Assembly (NCBI GenBank): GCA_951406725.2
Contig: OX597821.1
Coordinates: 116,250,001 to 116,314,000 of the forward strand
DNA length: 64,000 bases
Direction of reading: 5' to 3'
Origin: Octopus vulgaris
Lineage: Eukaryota
Part shown: in pieces, positions 11,830 to 24,060 of the stretch
How positions within the stretch are numbered: the first letter of the stretch is position 1
Layout: each line of letters starts with the position of its first letter
Notes under the pieces: model-generated
Told to the model about the DNA's origin: nothing
What the model saw: the letters and a program-made list of their open reading frames with translations, nothing else
Database searches by the model: none
Position numbers and translations under genes: made by a program

Positions 11830-14310
11830 ACTCCTTATGCAGAGTCTGACCACCTCTTGTACTTACACCTTAGATCCATCATGATGTCTGATGCATCTTT
11901 TTACACCAGGCAATGTATTGAAAAGACACCCACATAGATTGCAGATCCAATTTGGACCACCAAGAGCAGCAGTTAAGTTCTGACCTTTGTGGCTCTTAAA
12001 ATGTCTTCTGATGCCTTCGTTAGATTTGCAGACCTTGTGCCATACACAACAGTGAAAGGTGTACACAAATAGTGTAGTTGGTGGAGGTTCGTTTTTCACA
12101 GGTCCACAAATGAGATTTAAGCTCAACAAAAGAGAGGCTTGGTCTGTCAAAAGCTGTGCACAAAAAAAGGTCATTGTGATTCACCCTCTCAATTGCAACA
12201 TTCTTCTTTAACCCTTTCATTACTCTATTTATTCTGAGATGCTCTGTGTTTCCTTCAATTACTTTAAATATAACAAAGAATTTAGTAAAATAACTTAGTT
12301 ATCATTCAGCTAGTGTTAGGAACATAAATTGTGACTAAGGTTTGGTGGAAGACTTTAATTTAAAACTTATGAAAACAAGTAATGTATACTCAGGGCCAGA
12401 GCCGGTTTCAGCCGGGTTGGTAATGAAAGGGTTAAATCTCTCTTGAGACTGGCATGTGTCATCCTAGCCTCCTCAAAAGCTCTCACTCCACTCCACATTT
12501 TTGTTCGCCATCCAGCTCGACCTGAAGCAAGAGTTTCCATAGCCTTTGGATTCATTCCAAGTGACTTCATAATAGTCCTTATGCCATCTTTAAACCTCTT
12601 TTAAGGTTTACACCGATTGCATTTCCTCTCTGCAAGCTCACCATTAAACAGGTGTTTGGGCATGCATCCATCTGCCATTCAAACAATATGGCCAGACCAT
12701 CTCACTTAATTTTTCAGAATCATTGATTTAATTGAAGTGATGCTTACAGACAAAAAGATATCAATGTCTAGAGTGAAAAAGCTCCATCTGATGTTTAAAA
12801 TGTGGTGAAGGCATTTTTGATGGAATCATTCTAACAATTTGAAATGTCTATCATAATGCATCCATGTTTCAGGAGAATACAACAGGGACAATAAGTCAAA
12901 TGATTTGTAAAGAGCCAATTTTGTGTTGTTATTTATATGTGATTGGTGCCAAATGTGTGACTCCAAGCCATGAAATGCTTGTGCTGCCCTTTGAATTTGC
13001 AGATGTATTTCTGTGTCTAGATCTCCGTCACTTTGTATAGAGCTTCTGAGGTTGATGAAAGAATCAACAATCTTAAGTAACTTACCCTTAATGAAAATTT
13101 TGGGTGAATTGCAAACAGTACCATGTGCAGGTTGATACATTACAACTGTTTTTTTCAAGTTGATGGTCAAGCCAAAATCATCACAAGCTGAGTCAAATGC
13201 AAATACAAGAGATTGCAGGCCCATTTCACAATGACTGACTAGATTTCAATTGTCAGTGTATAAGAGTTCCCTAATGAATGTAATAAAACCTTTGTTTCAA
13301 ATTTCCTTCTGGTCAAATTAAAAACATTCCCTGTTGTTCGATATTTTATGTAAATACCCTCCTCAGAGTTTTGAAAAGCGTGTGACAGCACAGCAGAGAA
13401 GTGTATAGCAAAGAGGCCGGGTGCATCAAGGTATCTTTGCTTTACTCCATTTTCCACTGCAAAAGATTCAGAGAGCCTACCGCCAAAACTCTAGCCTTCA
13501 TATCTTAATGCTAAGCCCTGATCATGTTTACAAATTTTTCTGGGCAACCTATCTCCCTGAAAATTAGCCACAGAGCATTTCGATTAACTGTGTTGAATGC
13601 CTTGCTTAAATCAACAAAGCAATGGTATACAATAAGATTCCATTCAATGCACTTTTCCTGCAATTGTCTGGTAGTAAAGATACAATCAGCTGTGCCCCTG
13701 GAGGAGTGAAAACCACATTAAGACGCAGACACTATATTTGGAACTATGAAGGTATCTAAATATTCTAACAGAATGCGGGCAAGTACCTTTCCAACTATAG
13801 ACAAAAGCGAAATCCTACAAAAATTACCACACAGATCCTTTGCCCGGATTTATACAAGGGGACTAAAATGGCATTCCTCAGTTCCTCGACACTGACAAAT
13901 TAATATATTTAAGAGTTCAAACATTTTGTCACCCCCATATTTCAAGACCTCTGCCTAGATTCCACCAAACCCTGGAGACTTAATGTTATTCAGCTTATTC
14001 ACGATTAAATAAATGTCATTTAGTGTTGGTTCAAATGCCATCTCTTCTATTACTGGAATGTGTTCGATTTTTTTCTATCATTGTCATGTCAACGGATGTT
14101 GGTCTATTCACAAGTGCAGAAAAATGTTCTACCCAACACTTATGAATAGAAGTGGTGTCAGTCAAAAGCAAATATCCTCTTGTTATCACTGCAGCTATTG
14201 AAGAAAATTTTGGGCCATATACCTCCTTAATATATGAGTACAAATCCTTGGCATCGTTTCTATCAGCTGATTCTTGCATCCTTTTTACTCTGTCATGCCA
14301 CCATTCCTGA
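11830..14310 (-). pseudogene. Decayed RTE (BovB-like) LINE family B: RT plus C-terminal C2H2-like zinc fingers
   Basis: Fragments CFVDLSKAFNTVNR, NGVKQ..AP.LF, FGLTINLKKTVVM, LLYSPETW, LASGRAGWR, then C..C..RRH..H and CNLC..RHH. Many stops and frameshifts. Confidence 0.85.
12212..12431. mobile_element. piggyBac-type MITE (family P1) inserted in RTE family B
   Basis: TTAA|CCCTTTCATTAC ... GTAATGAAAGGG|TTAA. The host reads through (HASLKRD-LRR) when the element is removed. Confidence 0.9.
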
Positions 14311-14457
14311 TTAATTTTACTTAGAACAGTCTAATATGTTGTTATATTTCGGAATGGTCATATTGCCAGTTTAGCCAATAAAAACACACGCACTATATAT
14401 TTGGTGTTATTTTGCTTCAGTGATATTTATTTTTTACATTAATCTTAATCTTATTTC

Positions 14458-14502
14458 GGCCAAAGTTCTTTCGTCACACTCCTGTGACCGCATCAGTGGT
14501 CC
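14458..14502 (-). ncRNA. Candidate minimal type I hammerhead ribozyme motif (variant core)
   Basis: Minus strand GGACCA CTGATG CG GTCACA-GGAG-TGTGAC GAAA G AA C T T TGGCC: helix I CCA/TGG (+GG/CC), 6-bp helix II with tetraloop, minimal helix III. A9 position is C. Confidence 0.55.
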
Positions 14503-14574
14503 TTTGTTTTCTTCTCACTTACTTGTGTCTCTCCTTACTAACCGTCAGCCATACAATAGGCTTCTTTCAGTTTC

Positions 14575-14955
14575 TTATTTCTTTACTGCCCACAAACGGC
14601 TGCACACAGAGGGGACAAACAAGGACAGACAAACAAATTAAGTCGATTATATCGCCCCCAGTGCATAATGGGTACTTATTTAATTGACCCCAAAAGGATG
14701 AAAGGCAAAGTCGACCTCGGCGGAATTTGAACTCAGAACATAACGGCAGATGAAATACCACTAAGCATTTCGCCTGGTGTGCTAACATTTCTGCTTGGTT
14801 GCTGCCTGTTTCTGTCTACCAATTACACTCAGAAGGCTTTAGTTGACCTGAGACTATAATAGAAGACACTGGCCCAAGGTGCCATGCAGTGGGACTGAAC
14901 CCATAACCATGTAGTTGGGAAACATGCTACTTACCACACAGCCACACCTGCACCT
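14575..14955 (-). mobile_element. SINE family 1 copy (14575-14806) abutting the head of a SINE family 2 copy (14806-14955)
   Basis: Reverse complements of the family motifs. Confidence 0.8.
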
Positions 14956-15005
14956 ATATATGATGATATATATATATATCTCACCTCTCATATATATATA
15001 TCTCA

Positions 15006-16430
15006 CTCACCTCTCATATCATCAAGGTATTTGAGAGGGTGGTGAGATCTTGAATAACCCAATTTCTGGAAAGCAACAGACGGCTGATCTCCAACCAACA
15101 TGGGTTCCGTAATGGAAGGGACTGCCTAACGCAGCTCCTGCATCACTTTGAGGACATTTTGAGAGCTTTGGGAGAGGGCTCCAACACCGATGTCATCTAC
15201 CTTGATTTCAGTAAGGCCTTTGACAGGGTCGATCACAAGATCCTATTGAAAAAACTATCCAACATTGGTGTCTCTGGAAAGTTACTGAAATGGATCAAGT
15301 GTTTCCTGACAGACAGATCTCAACATGTTGTAGTTGAAGGGGTAAAATCAAGCCCAGCCAAAGTCAGTAGTGGCGTTCCGCAAGGTACTGTGCTGGGCCC
15401 ATTTCTTTTCATCATTTACATTAATGACATTAATGACATCATCAAGCACAGCAACATAAAAATTTTTGCAGATGATTCCAAGCTACAGAAGGTCATAAAT
15501 GAGGCGAGTGACCGGACATGCCTTCAGTCAGATCTACTGGCTGTTATCCAATGGGCAGAAAAAAACAATATGCTGCTGAACGAGGATAAATTTGAGTTAA
15601 TCCACTTTGGAAAAGAGGATGCCCTGAAACTCCCATACTCCCTTCCTTCAGGTTAAACTCTCGCGGCGTCCAACAACATCAGAGACTTGGGAGTAATTGT
15701 GGACAACAATTGTGGGCCACTCATATAAACACCAAAGTTGACATGGCCCGCAGAATGTGTTCCTGGATTCTCAGAACTTTCCAGTCGAGAGATATCCACA
15801 CCATTATCCTTCTCTTCTCCACTTTTGCCCGACCCCACCTTGAATACTGTTGTCCACTGTGGTCTCCCCACACAATACAAGGTATCATAAAAGTTGAAGC
15901 ACCTCAAAGGGCAATCACAAAAAAGATAGATGGCATGACAGGCCTCGACTATTGGGGTCGACTAGAAAAGCTAAAACTTTATTCTCTCCAACGTCGTCGT
16001 GAGCGCTACATCATCTGCATGATGTGGAAAATATTCCATCAGCATTGCCCAAATGATGTTGGCATCACCTTTAGGGACATCCAAGGCTTGGGCCCCGTGC
16101 CATCTGCCCAAAACAAAAATTGCACTCTCATCTCATAACAACAATACGGCACAATTATTTCACCTTAAATTGGCCCCACTCTCTTTAACATTACACCAAA
16201 ACACATTAAAACAGAAACTGACCCTATAGGGTTCAAGAAGTCTTTGGACAGATTCCTTCAAGAAATCCCGGATAAACCCCCTACACCCGGATATGTCTCT
16301 GTAAACAATAACTCTCTACTTGAGTGGGCCATAGTGCCCAAATTCTGACTTGAAAGACTTCACCAGGTGGTGCTATTAAGTTAGACATGGCCTGGGCCAA
16401 TAATGGCCGAAACCTATCAAAGTATCAAAG
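15006..16430 (+). pseudogene. CR1-type LINE, 5'-truncated RT region with frameshifts, 3' stem-loop and (TATCAAAG)2 tail
   Basis: LTSHIIKVFER, QHGFR, YLDFSKAFDRVDH, SGVPQGTVLGPFLF, FADDSK, RDLGV, RPHLEYC..WSP, SLQRRRER; 3' hairpin GGCCA-ATAA-TGGCC. Confidence 0.92.
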
Positions 16431-16477
16431 TATATATATATATATATATATATAATGATATATATATATATATATAT

Positions 16478-16769
16478 ATCACGTGATCACGTGACCGACC
16501 AGACCATCAGACGTTGTTACACATCGCTGGTCACAACGCATTCGCATTGTTTTAGCCTTCGAATGACGCCACCCCGCTGGCTAAGCGAGCAGGCCAACAG
16601 AAGAAAGAGTGGTGAAAGAGTACAGCAGGGATCCCCACCCCCTGCCAGAGCCTCATGGAGCTTTTAGGTGTTTTCGCTCAATAAACACTCACAACGCCCG
16701 GTCTGGGAATCGAAACCGCGATCCTACGACCGCGAGTCCGCTGCCCTAACCACTGGGCCAATGCGCCTC

Positions 16770-16770
<1 letters not shown>
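16478..16770 (-). mobile_element. tRNA-derived SINE family 3, tail type a
   Basis: Head GGAGGCGCATTGGCCCAGTGGTTAGGGCAGCGGACTCGCGGTCGTAGGATCGCGGTTTCGATTCCC (A and B boxes); ends (CACGTGAT)2. Confidence 0.9.
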
Positions 16771-17202
<432 letters not shown>

Positions 17203-18048
17203 TCATTCATTATCATTTAATATCCATGTCCCATGCTGGTATGAGTTGGACAGTTCAACAAGGATCCAATAAGTCAAGGACTACATCATACTCCAGTGTC
17301 TGTTCTGGTAAGGTTTCTGTGGCTTGAATGCCGTTTCTAATGCCAACCCCTTTGCAGAATGTACTGGGTGCTTTTTTCCATGCCACCAACACTACTAGGA
17401 TCACCATGTAGCACTTAAATCAACAAACCCTGGAGGGGGAAGGGAGTTGCCTCTGTATGGTTAGATGGTGTTAAGGTATGAGGAAAGAGGTTGGGGTTGT
17501 GTAGGATCTTGTTGTAGTAGGAGAACTACAGGGATACTCACATGTAGGAAAATGAATTAAAGGTATCTCCATGGAGATAGACAATGGTGATGAGGGGTTC
17601 AGATGTCCCCTCAGAAAGCAAGAGCAATAGTGACTTATGGGGAGTGGGGTTTGCAAGAGTGTAGGAGAAGGAAACAAGGGAAGTAGGAATGTGAAATGAG
17701 GGATGGGCTGCACGAGTTGGGGAAGCTACAGGGATACAAGCAGTGCGGTAGTAATGATGCCTTTGATGGGGTGGAGGAGATGGAGAGAAAGAGTGAGAGA
17801 GAGAGAATGTGTTTGGGTAGGCCATAGGAGCGGAGTAGTGAGAGGGATAAAACAGGGGTAATGCATGAGAAGAGGCAATTTGGGGAGGGGAAAAGCAACT
17901 GTAACATGTGGGTGTGAAGAACAATATCTATAGATAAAAAATGGCTAACAAATGGGTATGTTCTGGGTAGCAAGAGAGAAAATGGTATAGGGATGGTGGG
18001 TGGAAGGGAAGGGCAATATGAAGGTAAGGATTGATTGATTGGGGTGAT

Positions 18049-18084
<36 letters not shown>

Positions 18085-18184
18085 CATATATATAGAAAAA
18101 GGTATATATCAAATATATACACATATGCACACATGCCCATTTGTATGCATGTGTATATATATGTCTATGTATGTATATGTATAT

Positions 18185-18353
18185 GGAGTGGCTGTGTGGT
18201 AAGTAGCTTGCTTACGAACCACATGGTTCCAGGTTCAGTCCCATTGCGTGGTATCTTGGGCAAGTGTCTTTTACTGTAGCCTTGGGCTGACCAAAGCCTT
18301 GTAAGTGGATTTGGTAGATGGAAACTGAAAGAAGTCCATCGTATATATATATA

Positions 18354-18397
<44 letters not shown>

Positions 18398-18602
18398 TTT
18401 GTTTGTGTCTCTGTCCCTCCACCATCGCTTGACAGCCGATGCTGGTGTGTTTACGTCCCCGTAACTTAGCAGTTCAGCAAAAAGGGACTGATAGGATATA
18501 TACTAGGCTTACAAAGAATAAGTCCTGGGATTGATTTGCTTGACTAAAGGCAATGCTCCAGCATGGCTGCAGACAAATGACTGAAACAAATAACAGAATA
18601 AA

Positions 18603-18605
<3 letters not shown>
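18185..18605 (+). mobile_element. SINE family 2, full length
   Basis: Colinear with 11402-11815. Confidence 0.88.
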
Positions 18606-18655
<50 letters not shown>

Positions 18656-19250
18656 CATACACACACACACAATATATCCCCACCCTGAACCACTTTCATC
18701 CACCATTATCTTTGCCTTTCCTACTGACCTCCACCAATCACCTCCTTTCTGTGCTGTTCTCCATCATTAACATCTTGCTTACTTGCTATCACCTGCAATG
18801 CCCTCAAATATCCACTCCAACCCCCCCCCCCACCCGCAACCCCTGAGACTCTCCCTTGTTTTTCTCCATCATTTGTTACAGTCACCACTGTTCTGCCTTC
18901 TTACCCAGTCCAAACCTCTGTATCACCTCACTAATTAGCCCCATCCTTATCAACTCTCGACAGCATATCCTGATATATTCTTTCTTGCCACCATCTCTCT
19001 CCCTATCACTTCCCATTTTGTCTGCCAGGACCATAAGATTGACTGACAAGTCTTATGTCTCTTAGTACAACATTCTACTCCCCTAAGAGAATACACCAAT
19101 AAAACCATAAAGGAACCTCGTCTTTGGGGTGTCATTTTGGCAATGTTATACATGGGACTACCTAGAAGGACAATCAAATATGAAATCTAAAATTTGAAAG
19201 AAAGGGGTAGAGAAAATAATGTTCTTAATAGGTATAGTGATTATGTGAAG

Positions 19251-19568
19251 GCGCATGGCTCAGTGGTTAGAGCGTCGAGCTTACGATTGTGAGGTTGTAA
19301 GTTCGAATCCCGGACTGAGCTGCATGTTGTGTTCTTGAGCAAGACACTTTATTTCATGTTGCTCCAGTTCACTCAGCTGTAGAAATGAATTGCAACATCA
19401 CAGGTGCCAAACTGTATAGCCGTTGCCTTTCCCTTGGATAACACTAGTGGCATGAAGAGGGGAGGCCGGTATGCATGGGCGACTGCTAATGTTCCATAAA
19501 CAACCTGGCCTGGGAGGGTAACTTTCTAGGTGCAATCCCACGGTCAGTCATGACCGAAAGGGGTCTCA
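19251..19568 (+). mobile_element. tRNA-derived SINE family 4 with target-site duplication
   Basis: A box TGGCTCAGTGG, B box AGTTCGAATCC, core TTCTTGAGCAAGACACTTTA; flanked by the direct repeat GATTATGTGAAG (19239-19250, 19569-19580). Confidence 0.88.
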
Positions 19569-20149
19569 GATTATGTGAAGCTTCAAGATTGCATATAGAC
19601 AATGCCTGTCTTTGGAATGTGAGGGAGGAATGTAAATTGTGACTGTGATTAAAACAGCTAGAAAAATCACCCATCAGAGAACTGAAAGGAAAAAGTAAGA
19701 AATTTGACTAAAATGTGGAGTAGACCAGAACTGATGGCTTGACAGCCATCATGCTGATGACCACTGTTGGGCCAGAAACACATCTCCATGATTGTTCTCT
19801 TAGTTACAGACAATAAGCTTGTCCTTTTCCTTAATGATATGGTCATATTGAAAAAACAGATTTAATCTTAAGATTATCTCCCCTTCTTGAGTGGAGCTGT
19901 CCTTAATTGCCAATTTGGTTGTGTTATGATACATCCGCTAAAGGTGAAAATAATTTTAATATATCAGTAATTTATGTTGTATGGTATTTGACATACCTTT
20001 ATTTGCCTGTGTTATTCAAATGCATGTCACTGGCCACTTTGAGTTATTTCTCTTAGCTTGTTTTTGTTTAAATTATGCAAATTACCTAGGCCATAAATAT
20101 GTTCTATTCCTTTATATGTAAGTCTAAGTCTTTTGACTACTGGAGACAA

Positions 20150-20503
20150 TCCCACAGTGCAGCACCATGCGAAAGTGTTTTCACCCATAGTCCCAGGCTG
20201 ACCAATGTAAGTGAATTTAGTAGACAGAAACTGTGTGGAAGCCCATCATATATGTGTGTGGGTGGGTGTAGGTGTGTGCATATTTGTGTTTTTGTGCTTG
20301 TGTGTGTGTGTTCATGTCTTAGTGTTTGTGTCCCTACATCACTTGACAATTGGTGTTGGTTTGTTTATATTCCCAGTTGCCAATAGAATAAGTACAAGCC
20401 TTAAAAAGTAAATGCTGGGGTCGATTTGCTTGACTTAAACCCTTCAAGGCAGTGCCCCAGCATGGTCACAGCCCAATGACATAAACATGTAAAAGACAAA
20501 AGA
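20150..20503 (+). mobile_element. Old SINE family 2 copy
   Basis: Diverged but colinear motifs (GAAACTGTGTGGAAGCCC, ATAGAATAAGTAC, CCAGCATGG). Confidence 0.7.
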
Positions 20504-21069
20504 CATTTTACAAACTTTCCCAAGGTACAGCCCTCTTGGCTAAGTTTTCCCCTCAGAAGTTTCAAATTTCAAATCCATTAGAATTGAAACCATTTTGCTA
20601 CTTCAATCTGAATTGAACTTCCGTTGGAGATGCCCCTGCAATAACCATGTCCAACATCAGAACCCCTTAACTAAGTTGCATAACTCTGAACCTAAACTGT
20701 ATTTTATTTCTTCAATTAGAACTTCCTTATCAGATTGCTGTGTTGTACTACATAAATGAATATAGATATATCAAATACCATATAACATAAATTCCTGATA
20801 TATTTGGTGCTGGTACCAGGTAAAAAACTGTGGTTAAGGTGCTACAAAAAAGGTACCCAGTACATTCTGTAGAGTGTTTGGCAATATGAAGAGCATCCAG
20901 CTGTAGAAGCCTTGTCAAAACAGGCTATGGAACCTGTTTTGGGTCCTGGCCTTGCCAGCTCCTGTCAAGCTGTCCAATCCATGCCAGCATGGAAAACAGA
21001 TATTAAATGATGATGATGATAATCTCTGCCTCTAGAAGATGTATCATAATTACCAAATGGCAATTATGA

Positions 21070-21255
21070 CCAGCATTCAGGTTACTCTATCAAATGTGAT
21101 GCTTATTTATTCACATTGTAGCCTTGAGATTTCAATGATGTGATTGTTTATTTTTAGACAGACATTGTAGGGTAGGTGTGAGAAGCTGGATACAGTCAGT
21201 TTGAACACAAAAGAGGTAGAATATTTCTGCCATATATGGCTGGGTGAAATGCATT
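21070..21255. mobile_element. Decayed piggyBac-type MITE (family P2)
   Basis: Internal sequence matches 46571-46775 (TATTCACATTG..GTAGGGTAGGTGTGAGA..TTTGAAC); termini lost. Confidence 0.6.
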
Positions 21256-21279
21256 ACCTTTCGAATATTGGAATTGAGA

Positions 21280-21660
21280 ACAAGAAGCCATTTGTCAGAT
21301 ACAAGTGACTCAAAAATGAATGGGACACACCATGGCATGTTTCAATAGACCAGGATGGATAGTTTTGAGAGAAATATTGAAGAGTTTTGGTAAGGATAGA
21401 AGCGAGTGAGATTCTGAAATATTAGTGGAGATCCTCTTCATAAGAGACCAACAAATTTTACTACAATTCTGTCAGTGTGAAAGTTTGTAGGTTTGTAGTG
21501 ATGGTGAATCTATTGCCCATGCTGGAGATGTAAACTTTGACAATGTTCACAGAAGATTTCATAGTTAAAAGCTTCAGGGGAAATGTCATTGCAGTTGAGG
21601 TTATTGTAGTGGCATCACACATTCTGGGTATGCTAAATGAGAGCTGTTCAATCACCAAAG
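21280..21660 (-). pseudogene. Ancient CR1-type RT N-terminal remnant
   Basis: Minus-strand fragments LPKLFNISLKT..KHAMVCPIH resemble the CR1 L..LFN.SL..G..P..WK.A.V.PI.K motif. Confidence 0.45.
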
Positions 21661-21756
21661 ATGGCAAATTTTCTTTTTACAATTTCATTGTTCTTGCAGT
21701 GTCATGCAGTAATCTGGTTGCCATTTGTTTTCAACTCCATATGTGTGACCTATAAC

Positions 21757-22337
21757 AGTACTGCCTGATTGGCATGTAAAACGCACCATTCGAGCATGGT
21801 TGCTGCCAGTGCCGCTTGACTGGTCCCGGGCCGGTGGCACATAAAAAGCACCTTTCAAGTGTGGTCTATGCCAGTGCCTGCTGACTGGTCCTGTGCTAGT
21901 GGCATGTAAAAAGCACCATTTGAGCATGGTTGATGCCAGTGGTGGCTGACTGGTCCCATGCTGCTGGCACATAAAAAGCACCATTCAAGCATGACCGATG
22001 TCAGTACCGCCTGACTGGCCCTCGTGCCAGCAGCACATGAAAAGCACCATTTGAGCATGGTCGATGCCAGTGATAGCTGATTGGTCCTGTGCTGGTGGCA
22101 TACAAAAAGTACCATTCAAGCATGGCCAACGTCAGTACTGCCTGACTGGCCCTTGTGCTGGCAGCACATAAAAAGCACCCCACTACACTCTTGGAGTGGT
22201 TGGCATTAGGAAGGGCATCCAGCTGTAGAAACATTGCCAGATTGCACTGGAGCCTGATGCAGCCTTCTGGCTTGCCAGCTCTCAGTCAAACCGTCCAACC
22301 CATGCCAGCATGGAAAGTGGACGTTAAATGACGATGA
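21757..22337 (+). mobile_element. RTE family A 3' UTR fragment with about 7 tandem ~66-nt units
   Basis: Repeated GGCAC(A/G)TAAAAAGCACCATT units, then GGAAGGGCATCCAGC and the terminal stem with GAT tail. Confidence 0.85.
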
Positions 22338-23479
22338 AGAATAATACACCTTGAAAAACAAAGATTAAGTCACACTGAAGTTGTATCATAAAATGGTAAA
22401 GAAGATAAGTAAGTAACTGCCTTGCACAGTTCAGAGGATTCTTTGTATTCTTGATGCTTCTGTGTTTATGCTTACCAAGTTCTGAACATCTTGTTTGCAT
22501 GCACTTGATTACACAGGTCACACGGGTTTATCGGATGTGATGAAGGCAATGTGGTAAAATACAATTTTCTATAAATTTCTTTACCAAACAATGCATGGTA
22601 CTCAGGTTAGAGTGATATTGAATAGAACACAGCTGTCCTTGAGAGAATATATTGATTCTAAACATGTGCAGAAGAATTTTTACAAGAAAATCAAATACTC
22701 TTTGCAAGGAACAGGGAGCAGTGTCAAATACTTTGTCTTATAACCATGGTTACCATTAAGTTTACAGAGCGAAACTTGCTTCAAAATCTTCATATTCGTT
22801 CTAAATGAATTTCACAATGATGGAAAGAATTTTAGAGTGGTTAATAGGCATTAGAGATCATCGCCATCGTTGTAGTCGTCCTCCTCCTCATCATCATCAT
22901 TTAATGTCCGTGTTCGATGCTGGCATGGGTTGGACAGTTTGACAGGATCTGATACACCCAAGGGCTGCATTATGCCCCAGTGTCTGCCTCAGCTTATTTT
23001 CCACAGCTTGATGTTTAAATTTACATTTTGATGGCTCATATAATTACTATAACCCTGAACTAATCTATGTAACTGGACTTTTGGAGAGAATAGACCCAGT
23101 TTCTCTGAGAAGAGCAATACAGATCAATCTAGAAATAGAATAAAGAATGAAAAGAACAGGGTATAATGATATGGAGACAGAGCCCATAAGAACCATCTTT
23201 ATCCCTCAGATCAAATGTAACAAACTTTCTCATAACCCATAGCAAAGCAAAGTAAACGTTCTTCAGGTTATTACATCAACTGTTTTAATGTAAAAACAAA
23301 TAAATTAACAAAACCTTCACACTCCAAATATAATTTATCAGAAGTCTTTTTGGGTATCAGTGTTTAACACATAAGTAAGGAACTGGTTTGATTTATTTCT
23401 TCTTATAACAATCCTATCTGATTTCTAATGCTATCCTCATTTTCCGTCTTTTTTTTTTTTTGTCATTCTTTCGGTAAAA

Positions 23480-24060
23480 GTCTATGACGTCGTGAGTGAG
23501 TGTGTGACATTGTCTTTCATCTGCTCGACAGAGCTGATCAAACACTCGCACGCACACACGTACTCATGAGTGACGTCATGTACTAATACCGAAACATTGT
23601 TTAGTTATTTGCATAGTCAAATAATTAAACAATGCTAGTTAGCATCAAACATCGTCAGTACAGCTAATGCATCCGTACCTCTACAGAAAGACCTCTAGAG
23701 AATAAAGAACAAAGATTTTCTTTCTAGAACTTGGTGGGGAAAATCACAAAAGAAAACAAAATAAAATTTTTAAAAAGCGAAGAAAAAAATCGATAGCACC
23801 CGGTTTCACACCCGGAAATTGAACGGAAGTGTCCAGTGCTTGCAATTACTGAGCCTCGTTTTGAATGATATCGCTGGAACAGGTGTCGTCTGCCTCAGTC
23901 AGTCACACGTCGACAGTTTGTGGAAATATATCAGAGTTGGCGAATGATCAACATCACCTGACCTCCATGTTCGTGCCTGGCTTTTTATTATTATCATTAC
24001 AACGATAAAGCATATATATATATATATACATGTGCATATATGTGCGATCTTTAGGTGAGT
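23480..24060 (+). promoter_or_regulatory. Candidate RNA polymerase II promoter and non-coding first exon
   Basis: Repeat-free and CpG-rich; CRE TGACGTCA at 23571-23578 and TGACGTC near 23486; tandem ETS-like CCGGAA and CGGAAGTG at ~23811-23830; consensus donor AG|GTGAGT at 24055. Confidence 0.55.

Noticed and set aside
16392-16414. GGCCA-ATAA-TGGCC GAAAC hairpin
   Set aside because: No CUGANGA upstream; it is the 3' stem-loop of the CR1 LINE.
17470-19070. Purine-rich (17470-18040) and pyrimidine-rich (18680-19070) tracts with Pro/Ser-rich ORFs
   Set aside because: Low-complexity composition, probably old repeat UTRs; no recognisable domain.
21757-22180. CRISPR-like appearance of regularly spaced ~25-nt repeats
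   Set aside because: The spacers are homologous to each other, the array is part of an RTE 3' UTR, the DNA is eukaryotic and there are no cas genes.
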